From the NCBI GenBank assembly GCA_021736385.1, contig JAIPFY010000003.1, forward strand, positions 9,828 through 73,827: a stretch of DNA of 64,000 nt. The letters are read 5' to 3'. Position 1 is the first letter of the stretch, and every line of letters begins with the position of its first letter. Position numbers and translations under genes: made by a program. Under the pieces are notes generated by a model, which saw only the letters and a list, made by a program, of their open reading frames with translations, did no database searches and was not told the origin of the DNA. Source of the DNA: Spirochaetia bacterium. Lineage in GTDB: Bacteria > Spirochaetota > Spirochaetia > CAKZLE01. Positions 9,328 through 19,549 of the stretch are shown one piece after another.

Positions 9328-10794
9328 TTATAGTTTGTCGATGAGCATAGAACATTTTCCCGAAGGGATCGGTAGCGTCTTCTTCTTCTGCTCGTCAAGG
9401 ATATCGATCGTGAAATAGTAGAGCTTCTCGGACTCCAGCCGTATCTCCCAACCACGGGTGTTCTTATTGCTCAAGATGGTGATGAGGTTCCTCTTGAGAG
9501 AGAGATCTTCGATCCCCATGGCCTCCAGCGTCGGCATGACCCAATCCACAGTCTTCCTCGGCAGACTGATCATCAGTCCCACCACATTCTCGATCATCAG
9601 TCCTATGGTCACCAGCCCGATCATGGGCAGGAACTTCTTACGGGGAAAATCCGGATGCCCGGGATACTGTGCCGGTCCCTCTCTCAGGGGTAGGTAGGCC
9701 TCATAGACATCTCCATTTTCCGTGCCATCGGGATGGAGTGTATCAAGGATGAAGTAGAGATGTCTGATCGCACACTCACGGGCGAACTCGAACTCCTGAT
9801 ACCGTTCCAGCCCCTTGATCACCATGAAGGTATGGGAGGGAAGGACAGATCCGCAATACCCGTTGCCATCTTCAGAGAAAGCTTTCTGATCAGCAGCGAT
9901 CGTCGGGAAGGGATTCTCAGTACCAAACACTTCAGGGTCCTTGAGCTGACTGATCAGTCGCTCTGCCCGGTCTTCATTAGGGATCTCTGCAAGCAGCGTC
10001 CAATAGGTACCGATCGTCTTGAGTCGAACCTGTTTCTCCTGTGCATCAAGATCATAATAGAACCCGTCTGCAGCGTTCCACATCAGCGTATTGATCCGGG
10101 TCTTGAACGAGAAGTACTGCCGCTTATAACGGAAGCTGAGTTCCTTGTCATTGAGCACATCACCGATAGCGGACATATACAGCGCATTCACAGCCATCAT
10201 GGCATTGAAGTCTACTGGATAGGCGACCTGCTTACGGGGGAGATTCCCCATGAGCGTCGCAGCCATCGGGACCGAGTAGAGTCCGTTCTCCTGCTTGAAG
10301 GTCTCATCAAGCCAGGTCATATAGTTCTCAAGGACAGGGACGACCTCTTTCAGCCGTTTTTTGTTCCCGACCTTATGGTAGAGGTTGAATTCCACATAGG
10401 CGAACAGCGGGGGGTGTACCCCCTGAGGGTTTTCCTCTGTGAAGACAGGGGAACCATCTTCGATGGAATACTCTCCCCTGATGGCACCGGAAGCTTCCTG
10501 CTTGCTGTAGAAGAAATCAAGCATGGGAAACGGGGAATAGGTCTGGTTGCTGTATACCAGAAAGAAGGAATCCAGGCACGAGTAATACTGATGATACGTG
10601 TCCTGACCATCATATGAGAGATAATGGGTTGGAGATTCAGCTTCTCTCGCGCCTGCTTCCCATCTATCATGAATCCAGAGCCAGGTGCGGTCGTACAGAT
10701 CCACAAAATCCTGATCATAAAAATGCACTGAGGGTACGTTATCCTTTACCAACAAAGACTCCTTTGAACATATTAAATTCCAAAACTCCAACAT
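9328..10794 (-). CDS. glycoside hydrolase, GH63/MGH1 (trehalase-like alpha6/alpha6) family
   Basis: VHPPLFAYVE, PVDFNAMMA, LWNAADGFYYD, TIGTYWTLLA, EAY motifs. True start may be slightly downstream. Confidence 0.7.
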   Translation of the reverse strand: MLEFWNLICSKESLLVKDNVPSVHFYDQDFVDLYDRTWLWIHDRWEAGAREAESPTHYLSYDGQDTYHQYYSCLDSFFLVYSNQTYSPFPMLDFFYSKQEASGAIRGEYSIEDGSPVFTEENPQGVHPPLFAYVEFNLYHKVGNKKRLKEVVPVLENYMTWLDETFKQENGLYSVPMAATLMGNLPRKQVAYPVDFNAMMAVNALYMSAIGDVLNDKELSFRYKRQYFSFKTRINTLMWNAADGFYYDLDAQEKQVRLKTIGTYWTLLAEIPNEDRAERLISQLKDPEVFGTENPFPTIAADQKAFSEDGNGYCGSVLPSHTFMVIKGLERYQEFEFARECAIRHLYFILDTLHPDGTENGDVYEAYLPLREGPAQYPGHPDFPRKKFLPMIGLVTIGLMIENVVGLMISLPRKTVDWVMPTLEAMGIEDLSLKRNLITILSNKNTRGWEIRLESEKLYYFTIDILDEQKKKTLPIPSGKCSMLIDKL

Positions 10795-10843
10795 AGAAAG
10801 TACGAACTTCTTCGGGATAAGTCAAATAGTTATACCGAGTCTA

Positions 10844-11782
10844 TCATACAGGGCAGATCAGGCTGATAGCGTGGGCATACATTCCCACTTCCAACCGGTC
10901 TGTATCGATCGCTATGGTCTCACCGTCAGCATGGCAGACCAGCTTCCCCGACGGAGACAGGATCTTCAGGGAGGTGATCCGCGCTGCTGATATGGCACTG
11001 TGGCTCTTTTGCGTCCCCTTGAGGAACCTCCCGACCAGCGCAAGGATCTGCAGTCCGGTCAACGGATGGTTCGCATAGGTCAGATCCAGCAGCCCGTCAT
11101 CCGCGAGTGCATCAGGTCCCATGAGAAAGGCTCCCCCCATGCGTCTGCCGTTACACACCGATAGCTGCTGGGACTGGATCACCAGCTCCCTGCCGTCGAT
11201 CTTCAGAGTCATATCGACTGCTTTCGGGTAATGGCTCAATATATGCAGCAGGGCCAGCACATAACTGGGGACCCCGCTTATACGTCTATACTCACTTGCC
11301 TTCATCGTCACCATCGGTTCGAAGCCCACTCCGATACCATTGATGAAGAACCTGCCTTCTGGGTAGATTCCTCCGGTGACCTTTCCCACATCGATCTTCC
11401 TGGCTCTCCCTGAGATCAGCAGCCTGCAGAAGGCATCGACCGTCTTTGGTATGGAGAAGATGTATGCAAAATCATTCCCTCGTCCAATGGGAAAGATCGC
11501 GAGCTCGGGGAGCTTCGCACCCGATACCGCTGCCTGCATCATACCGTTCACCACTTCGTTACAGGTCCCATCCCCACCGGCAGCGACGATCACATCCACA
11601 CCATCTGCCACCGCAGTCCCGGCCATCACCGCCGCCTGCATCGCTTCCTGCGTATGCTCCATCGTGCAGGAACAGCCCAGAGAGAGCAGCTTCTGTTCGA
11701 TAGCCACACTCATAGATCGTGCACGACCTTTGGCAGCGGTGGGATTCAATATGATATGAATCCGCTTTTTGCTCCTATCCAT
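10844..11782 (-). CDS. diacylglycerol/lipid kinase, YegS/Rv2252/BmrU family
   Basis: IILNPTAAKG, AAGGDGTCNEVVNG, PIGRGNDFA, CNGRRMGG, HADGE. Confidence 0.92.
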   Translation of the reverse strand: MDRSKKRIHIILNPTAAKGRARSMSVAIEQKLLSLGCSCTMEHTQEAMQAAVMAGTAVADGVDVIVAAGGDGTCNEVVNGMMQAAVSGAKLPELAIFPIGRGNDFAYIFSIPKTVDAFCRLLISGRARKIDVGKVTGGIYPEGRFFINGIGVGFEPMVTMKASEYRRISGVPSYVLALLHILSHYPKAVDMTLKIDGRELVIQSQQLSVCNGRRMGGAFLMGPDALADDGLLDLTYANHPLTGLQILALVGRFLKGTQKSHSAISAARITSLKILSPSGKLVCHADGETIAIDTDRLEVGMYAHAISLICPV

Positions 11783-11997
11783 TTGTCCATCCATCGGGTA
11801 TAGTACAGTATTCTCTTTGAACAGCATCTTTTTCTGTAGACACACCTATAACCATACTGATTACTAAATGCTAGCGTTATAATCATGTTTGGATGGTACG
11901 TTTATAATAAGAAAGATATCAATCCATTAGTGTGAACAGTATATACGAAAAACATCACTATTCACAGAAGAAAGACAATAATTTATGGTAGATTTAT

Positions 11998-13911
11998 ATG
12001 AATTCGTACGATAAGTTCCTCCCAACGACACAGGATGAGATGGCAGGACGCGGCTGGGAGGTCTGTGATTTCGTGATCATCACCGGTGATGCATATGTGG
12101 ATCACCCGTCATTCGGCGCTGCACTCATCGGACGGCTGCTGGAATCGCAGGGGTATGCTGTCGGGATCATCGCACAACCGGCATGGGACAGTCCTGATGA
12201 CTTCAGGAGACTCGGCAGGCCGAGACTGGCGTTCATGATCACCTCCGGGAACATCGACTCCATGGTAGCCCATTACACCTCTTCCCATAGACCCCGCACT
12301 CAGGACAGCTACAGTCCGGGGGGGACCTGCGGTCTCAGACCTGATCGGGCAGTGATCACCTATACCGCACGGGCCAGACAGGCCTACAAACAGGTACCGG
12401 TCATCATAGGTGGGCTTGAGGCCTCACTCCGCCGTCTGTCGCACTACGACTACTGGTCCGATACGGTCAGAAGGTCCATCCTCCTTGATGCCAAAGCAGA
12501 TCTGCTGATCTACGGGATGGGAGAACATCCGGTGACCGCAGTCTGTCAGCGACTGCGCGAGGGGGTCCCCGTCGGGGCTATCCGCGATATCCCCGGGACC
12601 GTCATCAAGCTGAAGCGTTCTGACTTCCTTGATCCTCAGCGAGTCCAGCACTGCCCCGAAGTCCTTTTGCCCGGGTACGAAGAGGTCTCAGATCGTGACA
12701 AGCATTCGAACACCGGCAGTGATGCCGGGAAGCAGTCCTATGCACGATCGATCAACCTTCGCATCCTCCATGAGAATGCCATGCAGCCGCAGCGGCTGAT
12801 CGAGGAGTACCCCGACTGCTTCATCATACAGAACCCGGTCGCCCTGCCCCTCTCTACAGCTGAACTTGACAGCGTATATGAACTGCACTATACCCGCAGA
12901 TCCCATCCCATGTATGATTCATACGGCGGGGTCCCGGGGCTTTCAGAGGTCCAATACAGTATCACCAGCTCCCGAGGCTGCTTCGGCGGCTGCTCCTTCT
13001 GTGCCCTGACCTTTCATCAGGGGAGGATCGTTCAGGCACGAAGCAGTCTCTCCATGATCAGAGAGGCCGAGGAGCTTACGCACGATACGGAGTTCAAAGG
13101 ATATATCCATGACGTGGGAGGGCCGACTGCCAATTTCAGCGGACCCTCCTGCAAGAGGCAGGCTGTTCATGGGGCCTGCACAGACCGGCAGTGTCTCTTT
13201 CCCGAGCCCTGCCCTGCCCTCCAGGACACCCATGAGCCGTACCTCAAGACGCTGGTAGAGATGAGAGAGCTTCCAGGGGTCAAGAAGGTCTTCATCCGTT
13301 CAGGTATCAGGTACGATTATCTGCTTGCGGCTGCCCCGGAACAGACCAGAGACCGGTTCATGCAGGAGTTGTGCACCCACCATGTGAGCGGACAGCTCAA
13401 AGTCGCTCCTGAACATGTCTCTTCGAGAGTACTCGATGCCATGGGAAAACCGGGTATCGAGGTGTTCGAGGAGTTCTCCACACGTTTTGCACAGGCTAAC
13501 GATCAAGCCGGTAAGAAGCAGTACATCATCCCCTACTTCATCTCCGGGCATCCCGGTTCTACCCTGGACGATGCTATCGCGCTTGCACAATACCTGCAGA
13601 AGAGCCGGTTCATCCCCGACCAGGTTCAGGATTTCTATCCTACCCCGGGGACCGTATCGACCTGCATGTACTATACCGGACTCGACCCGAGGCCGGGCAG
13701 GGACTTCGCACCGGTGTATATCCCGAAGGGAAGAGAGAAGCATCTGCAGCGAGCCCTCATCCATTTTCACAAGCCGGAGAATCATGCCCTGGTGATCGAA
13801 GCCCTCACCACCGCAGGACGGACCGATCTCATCGGAGAGGGTCCCTCGGCACTGGTGCGGAGAAGAGGCCCCTCTTCAGAGAAGAAGAAGAAGAGACAGA
13901 ACCGACGATAG
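11998..13911 (+). CDS. ygiQ: YgiQ family radical SAM protein
   Basis: GDAYVDHPSFG, SLRRLSHYDYWSD, CFGGCSFC, DVGGPTAN, VKKVFIRSGIRYD, QVQDFYPTPG. Confidence 0.93.
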   Translation: MNSYDKFLPTTQDEMAGRGWEVCDFVIITGDAYVDHPSFGAALIGRLLESQGYAVGIIAQPAWDSPDDFRRLGRPRLAFMITSGNIDSMVAHYTSSHRPRTQDSYSPGGTCGLRPDRAVITYTARARQAYKQVPVIIGGLEASLRRLSHYDYWSDTVRRSILLDAKADLLIYGMGEHPVTAVCQRLREGVPVGAIRDIPGTVIKLKRSDFLDPQRVQHCPEVLLPGYEEVSDRDKHSNTGSDAGKQSYARSINLRILHENAMQPQRLIEEYPDCFIIQNPVALPLSTAELDSVYELHYTRRSHPMYDSYGGVPGLSEVQYSITSSRGCFGGCSFCALTFHQGRIVQARSSLSMIREAEELTHDTEFKGYIHDVGGPTANFSGPSCKRQAVHGACTDRQCLFPEPCPALQDTHEPYLKTLVEMRELPGVKKVFIRSGIRYDYLLAAAPEQTRDRFMQELCTHHVSGQLKVAPEHVSSRVLDAMGKPGIEVFEEFSTRFAQANDQAGKKQYIIPYFISGHPGSTLDDAIALAQYLQKSRFIPDQVQDFYPTPGTVSTCMYYTGLDPRPGRDFAPVYIPKGREKHLQRALIHFHKPENHALVIEALTTAGRTDLIGEGPSALVRRRGPSSEKKKKRQNRR

Positions 13912-14113
13912 TCTCAGAAGCTGACTTTCGATCACAGGCAATGCTGAGGCTGCTCTGATCCCTGTGAGAGGAACCTCGGTCCTCTCCCGCCGTTGCCCCC
14001 ATGACCCTTGAGGAACGTCTCTCCACACAGCTGCAGTACCTGCAGCTGTGAGTCTGTACAACCATGGTGGACAGGGTATAATGAAGAGAGAGTCCTCTGA
14101 TCAGATAAGGAGC

Positions 14114-15277
14114 ATGGTCATGAAGTTCAAGACCCGCTGCAGACTGCGCACTCCTACCGGAAGCTATCCCGTCGGCTGTACCCGATATCTGTTCCCCGGC
14201 AGTGCGGCCAGAGCCGGGGACCTCTTCGGTGACCTTCCTGCCCTCTGCTTCTATCCTGCCACAGAGGTGACAGGACGTCCGATAGCCATCTATGCCAGTG
14301 AGGGGATCCTGCCTGGTGCCGGAAGCATCCAGACGAACTCCTATCGTGCTGCTCCTGTGAGCGAGGGGTCCTTCCCCCTGATCCTCTTCAATCATGGGTT
14401 CAGCCTCATGTGTGAATCAAATACCATTCAATGTGAAGAGCTGGCATCTCACGGCTATGTCGTGCTGAGTATCGGGCATCCGTCAGACGGTTCGTATGAG
14501 CTGCCTGACGGGAAGGTCCTGCTGTTTGACAGCAGGGGTATGATGCATCTCTACCGAAAAGAAGCCGCCTCGGGTATGGAGATCTTCCCTGCCTATGCCG
14601 CATGGCTGAGAGCCAGAGGATCCTCTACGGATGATGAGGCGCATAGGGCTGTGTATCAGAGGATCATCGAGGCACAGCCGAAGATGACCGCTCACAGTGA
14701 GCTCTGGGTACAGGACTCACTCGCTGCCCTTCAGGGGCTGCTGCAGCAGGACAGCACCGCCTCACCGAAGGTGCGTGAACATATTGACACCAGCCATATC
14801 GGGGCTTTCGGCATGTCCTACGGGGGATCCACTGCGCTGAACCTGTTACAGAGCTCCCCCCTCATACTGGCAGGGGCAGACCTTGATGGGTTCTTCTACA
14901 GTCCCCGCTGGCAGCAGCCCATTGAGAGACCGCTGCTGATCATGCAGAATGACAGCCCCTACGCCGGTCATATCGTGGTCTTCCCCTATGAGCATGCCAC
15001 CGGTCCTGCATATCTGATCACCTGCAGAGACAGTACCCATGGCAACTTCACCGACTACAATGAACTGCTTGCAGAGAACCTCTCTTCGATCGTCGAGATC
15101 GACGGGGAACAGGTGTCCATACCGCTGCTGGGAGCCATCGACCCGGATGTCATGGAGAGCATCCTGAACAGAGCCCTCCTTGATTTCTTCAACATCTATC
15201 TCAAGGGCAGGACCTCAGAGTTCCTGCAGACGACCCGGGTCCCTCAGGCTGAGATCGAATACAGGATCAGCCCGTAA
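14114..15277 (+). CDS. alpha/beta hydrolase, PAF-acetylhydrolase-like
   Basis: FPLILFNHG, ELASHGYVV, nucleophile elbow GMSYGG, DLDG, HGNFTD; AAGGAG RBS before ATG 14114. Confidence 0.85.
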   Translation: MVMKFKTRCRLRTPTGSYPVGCTRYLFPGSAARAGDLFGDLPALCFYPATEVTGRPIAIYASEGILPGAGSIQTNSYRAAPVSEGSFPLILFNHGFSLMCESNTIQCEELASHGYVVLSIGHPSDGSYELPDGKVLLFDSRGMMHLYRKEAASGMEIFPAYAAWLRARGSSTDDEAHRAVYQRIIEAQPKMTAHSELWVQDSLAALQGLLQQDSTASPKVREHIDTSHIGAFGMSYGGSTALNLLQSSPLILAGADLDGFFYSPRWQQPIERPLLIMQNDSPYAGHIVVFPYEHATGPAYLITCRDSTHGNFTDYNELLAENLSSIVEIDGEQVSIPLLGAIDPDVMESILNRALLDFFNIYLKGRTSEFLQTTRVPQAEIEYRISP

Positions 15278-15406
15278 AAGGCAGCTGTGCCGCCCCCTTC
15301 CTCTCTCACTACCGTGCCCGATGGATAGATGGTGAGCCCCCCCTACCGATGAAACGATCCTTGTCGTATCAGGCATATTGACAACTTTGACTCCTTGGGG
15401 TACTAC

Positions 15407-16846
15407 ATGCTGATGGCTAAGTACACTGCACGAACCCCACAGCTTCAACTCGAACACAAAGACTTCCTGCTTCAGCTCATGAAGATCTCAGGACCTATCA
15501 TGCTGCAGAGTCTGCTGACAACGTCCCTCTCGTTCTTCGATACACTGATGATCGGTCAGCTGGGTGATATCGCGATCGCTTCAGTAGGTCTTGCCAATCA
15601 GATGTTCTTTCTGATCATGCTCTACTTCTTCGGGGTCAGCAGTGGTTCGGCGGTATTCATAGCCCAGTTCTGGGGTAACAAGGATATCAGGAGTATTCAC
15701 AGGACCATGGGTATCGGGCTGGTATTATCACTGCTCGGTGCGCTGTTCTTCACCATCATCTCGTTGAGTGCTCCCGAGCTGCCCATGAGGATCTTCTCTC
15801 CCGACACCCAGGTCGTGGCCACAGGTGCTGTCTACCTGCGTATCGTGGCGATCAGCTATATCTTCTCTGCGATCTCGATCATCTTCTCAGCCTCTCTGCG
15901 AAGCACAGAACAGGCGCATATACCGCTGATCGCTACCGTCTTCTCCCTGGTGATCAATATCGTACTGAACTATCTGCTGATCTTCGGCAACTTCGGCTTC
16001 CCTGCATGGGGTGTCGCCGGGGCAGCTGTCGCCACCACCATCGCTCGAGGCATCGAACTGATGATCATGCTCTTTGCTACCTATCGCAGGAGACTCGCAG
16101 TCGCCGGATCGATACGATCCTTCCTCTCGTTCGATCGGATGTTCGTGCGCATCTTCTTCATCACAGCACTGCCGGTCATCCTCAATGAGATCATCTGGTC
16201 GATGGGGATGGTCGCCTACAAGATGATCTATGCCCGTATGGGAACACAGGTCATCGCATCGGCCAATGTGGTCGAGGCGATACAGGGGTTGTTCTTTGTG
16301 ATCTTCATCGGGACCGCGAATGGGTCTGCCGTCATGATCGGAAAGAAGATCGGTGAGAAGAACCCGGAAGCTGCACAACTCTATGCCCGACGCTTCTGCT
16401 GGCTCTCTCTGGTCTTCGGGGCTTCAGTAGGCATGGGGATGTTCTTCCTTGCTCCCTACATCCCGCAGGCATTCCGGGTTTCCCCTGAGATCGTCCATCT
16501 GGCAAGTCGTTCGTTGATGGTCCTGGCATTCGTGCTGCCGTTCAAAGCGTTCAACATGCACAGTATCGTCGGGATCCTGAGAAGCGGTGGTGATACGAAA
16601 GCGTCACTGCTCATCGAGCTTACCAGCGTCTGGCTGGTCGGGGTGCCTCTGGCCCTGCTCGGAGGTTTCGTCCTGCAGTTGCCGATCTACTACCTCTATC
16701 TGCTCATCAGTCTTGAAGAGGTCTACAAGGTCATCATCAGTCTCATCAGGATCAGATCCGGCAAGTGGATCAATGACCTTACCGTCAATGTACTGCCTGT
16801 CACCGAACCGCAGGTCTTCGGTGTATCGGGGTCTGAGATCCCGTAG
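15407..16846 (+). CDS. MATE family efflux transporter
   Basis: 12 TM pattern, DTLMIGQLG, AQFWG, FGFPAWGVAGAAVATTIAR, LRSGGDTK. Start could be 15413. Confidence 0.93.
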   Translation: MLMAKYTARTPQLQLEHKDFLLQLMKISGPIMLQSLLTTSLSFFDTLMIGQLGDIAIASVGLANQMFFLIMLYFFGVSSGSAVFIAQFWGNKDIRSIHRTMGIGLVLSLLGALFFTIISLSAPELPMRIFSPDTQVVATGAVYLRIVAISYIFSAISIIFSASLRSTEQAHIPLIATVFSLVINIVLNYLLIFGNFGFPAWGVAGAAVATTIARGIELMIMLFATYRRRLAVAGSIRSFLSFDRMFVRIFFITALPVILNEIIWSMGMVAYKMIYARMGTQVIASANVVEAIQGLFFVIFIGTANGSAVMIGKKIGEKNPEAAQLYARRFCWLSLVFGASVGMGMFFLAPYIPQAFRVSPEIVHLASRSLMVLAFVLPFKAFNMHSIVGILRSGGDTKASLLIELTSVWLVGVPLALLGGFVLQLPIYYLYLLISLEEVYKVIISLIRIRSGKWINDLTVNVLPVTEPQVFGVSGSEIP

Positions 16847-16921
16847 GAAGAGCGATCCTCCCCCTCTGATCTCTCTCTACAGCCCATCATGTACTATCGA
16901 CTGTTCAGTCGGAACAGCCGT

Positions 16922-17866
16922 TCAGTCCCCATCGGGGGTCAAGACGATATCTTCGAACCCGGCATCTTCCTTCCTGCCTACCACCCCGACAAGCAGATAC
17001 TGTTTGTTGATGGGATCATAGAGATAGTCCTTCTTGAAGTGAAACCCTTCGATCTCAGAACTCCGTTTGACATGGGTACGGACACCTGTACAGTAGACTC
17101 GCTCATCCCCGATCTGGATATGACTGTCTCCGGAGGGGGAGATGGGGATATCTTCGGCGATGACGCTCAGGATCTTCTGCTCAAGATCCTCGATCGATAT
17201 ATCGGGTAGATCAGGGAAGCTGATGACGAACCCGTGTTTCACATCCGAGTGTAGCACGGGGTTATGATAGTGGTAATCCCTCGCAAGGATCAAACTGGTG
17301 ATATCCTCGGCCGAGTGTGCCATGAGCCGGTACTTGAGGGTCCTGTCGACGACCTTCCGGATACTTTCCGGGGTAGGCCCGAATACGGTAGGACGGGCGA
17401 CGATGACCTCTTCCCCGATCCCGAAGATGATCTGGGCATTATAGCCGAGATAGGGGTAGAGCAGATCGAAGTGCTCGACGACGACCCTGCGATTGTTATC
17501 TATCGCTCTGTTGATCGCGTCGACGATCTCATACCGCTGATGGAAGGCCTTCTCGTACAGATAGTCGATATGGAAGGTGTGACCGGAGAAGAAGTCATCT
17601 TCCGAGAAGGTGAACAGCGGAGTGCTCTTCACATTGACCCCTGAATCATCATTGGTCAGCTCCAGTCCCGGGAAGAGCCCTTTGATCAGCGTGGACTTCC
17701 CCGCTCCTGCATTACCGATGATGGCAATGAGCAGGTCTGAGGGGGCAAGATAGCGCTGAGCGAGCTCCTTTCCGAGTTTGTACAACCGCATACGCCCGCG
17801 AGGGGCGTAGTAGGTGGAGAATATGAGATCTTCTTTTACCGGTTCAGGTCTTCTTTTAGGTGTCAC
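16922..17866 (-). CDS. P-loop NTPase fused to AlaRS/ThrRS second-additional (SAD)-like domain; function unknown
   Basis: GTG start; Walker A GNAGAGKST; C-terminal AHSAEDI and CTGVRTHV resemble the HxxxH/CxGxH editing-site motifs; overlaps upstream gene by 11 bp. Confidence 0.75.
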   Translation of the reverse strand: MTPKRRPEPVKEDLIFSTYYAPRGRMRLYKLGKELAQRYLAPSDLLIAIIGNAGAGKSTLIKGLFPGLELTNDDSGVNVKSTPLFTFSEDDFFSGHTFHIDYLYEKAFHQRYEIVDAINRAIDNNRRVVVEHFDLLYPYLGYNAQIIFGIGEEVIVARPTVFGPTPESIRKVVDRTLKYRLMAHSAEDITSLILARDYHYHNPVLHSDVKHGFVISFPDLPDISIEDLEQKILSVIAEDIPISPSGDSHIQIGDERVYCTGVRTHVKRSSEIEGFHFKKDYLYDPINKQYLLVGVVGRKEDAGFEDIVLTPDGD

Positions 17867-18179
17867 ACGAAAACTCCATGAGCATCAGCGGTGCATGTTG
17901 CTGTGCACCGTAGATATCGGTCTCTCCAAAGGCTCCTGAGGGGATCCTGCGTCTCATCGTCACTTTGACCGCATGTGCCGGTTCGAAATAGATGATCTGC
18001 AGGATATCCTCCACCGGGACATGGTAGAGGGCAGCCATACGTTCAGGGGTTATGACCTGCGCTCTCTTCAGTATAGCATAGGCATCTTCGTCTTTGCAGA
18101 TGATATCGAGGGTAAGTTCGAAGGGGCCTGCGTTCTTTGATCTGATCACCCGTGCCAGGTCTATGAGTCTTCTGTTCAT
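17856..18179 (-). CDS. DUF4387 family protein
   Basis: VIRSKNAGPFELTLDI and GETDIYGAQQHAPL signature. Confidence 0.88.
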   Translation of the reverse strand: MNRRLIDLARVIRSKNAGPFELTLDIICKDEDAYAILKRAQVITPERMAALYHVPVEDILQIIYFEPAHAVKVTMRRRIPSGAFGETDIYGAQQHAPLMLMEFSCDT

Positions 18180-19549
18180 AGGAGGACCTCCTTGACCGGA
18201 AAGAACGTGTCATCCGGCTTCTGCTGCAGAATATGGTAGAGCGAGAATTCGTAGACCTCACCGGTCGATATATCAGAGGGCGAGAAGGGGAATGCCAGGT
18301 TCCCTGCTGTTGCGATCCTGCCGCGATACCCATAGTGCAGCAGTGTCGAACGCATCAGGCTGCACACCGAGTCGGCATCTTCCTGCCTCCTGCCCAGCAC
18401 ATCGATAAGCAGCACACTCTCATGTCCTTCATATACCGGATTCGGTTCCATGGGTCCCATCACCCCGTTCCTTCCGTACTGGTGTACACAGATCTGTGAA
18501 TCTGCAAAGAGCTGCGGGACCAGCTTCGCCACCCGCTGCTGCACCTGCTCGATGATCTCATCAAGCTGTCCGATCATGATCGGATCCCTCGTCGCTGCGA
18601 TGGAGATCGTCCTGTACCCTGTGAGTCGGGCACCTTCAAGCTTGATGGTATAGTGCTCTGAGGGTTCGAACACCGACCCGTAGACCTCAACACCATCAGC
18701 GATCTCTCGAAATTCAGTATGTTCAAGATTGAGCATGCCTCCCGGTCCCGGCAGGTGGTAGGGGTCCGATTTCTCATAGAGGGTATGGGCACAGGTCGAC
18801 TCTTCAGTGAATCTCCGCTCATCACTGACGGTCTTCAGGGTGAAATGGTCCTCGTCTATGATCCCTATGACACAATCCGAACCGGATCCCGGAGTGGCGG
18901 CAATGGCGGCACACTCGAGGATCTTGCCGGCATGCAGGCAGAGTCCGGGATCGAAGCCCATACGGATGGGGACCGCGGCAAAACATGCAGGATCATAGGC
19001 TCTTCCAGCCAGGATGATGTCACAGCCCCGGTCAAGGGCATCGATCATGGGTTCATGTCCCATCTGTGCCACGATGTTGGTAGTCTGTGCAAGATACTCC
19101 TGTGTCAGTTCAGGGACTCCTGCAAGAGGGGTGATACCCCCATCTGCCAGCCGTTGTGCTACGATGGAGCCGGGTATGTCGGCATAGATCACTCCGATCT
19201 TGCACGCCCCGAGCTTCTGCTCCTGCACGATCTCCCTGATGATTTCCAGGCACCAGTCTACATGGACTTTGGCTCCGCTGCCTCCGGCGGTACCGATGAT
19301 CACCGGGATCCTTCGAGACAGTCCTGCCTCAATCATATAGGAGAGGTCCCTCTTCACTCCGTTCCGGTTCGTGAAGGGTTTACCTGCTCCGAGATAGTAG
19401 GGTCCGGGATCTGTCGATCCCCCGTCAACGGCTATCACATCAGGATCACAGGCAAGAGCCCGCTCGAAGGAGCTCTCAGGGAATCCGTATCCGAGGATCG
19501 CCGTAGGCGACAGGATCGTACAGGTTCTTCTCTCATGCATATGCTTCAC
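18176..19549 (-). CDS. DUF1446 / AtuA-like protein
   Basis: ILGYGFPESSF, DGGSTDPGPYYLG, GTAGGSG, VAQMGHEP, GRAYDP, HAGKILECAA, HTLYEKSDP. Confidence 0.88.
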   Translation of the reverse strand: MKHMHERRTCTILSPTAILGYGFPESSFERALACDPDVIAVDGGSTDPGPYYLGAGKPFTNRNGVKRDLSYMIEAGLSRRIPVIIGTAGGSGAKVHVDWCLEIIREIVQEQKLGACKIGVIYADIPGSIVAQRLADGGITPLAGVPELTQEYLAQTTNIVAQMGHEPMIDALDRGCDIILAGRAYDPACFAAVPIRMGFDPGLCLHAGKILECAAIAATPGSGSDCVIGIIDEDHFTLKTVSDERRFTEESTCAHTLYEKSDPYHLPGPGGMLNLEHTEFREIADGVEVYGSVFEPSEHYTIKLEGARLTGYRTISIAATRDPIMIGQLDEIIEQVQQRVAKLVPQLFADSQICVHQYGRNGVMGPMEPNPVYEGHESVLLIDVLGRRQEDADSVCSLMRSTLLHYGYRGRIATAGNLAFPFSPSDISTGEVYEFSLYHILQQKPDDTFFPVKEVLL

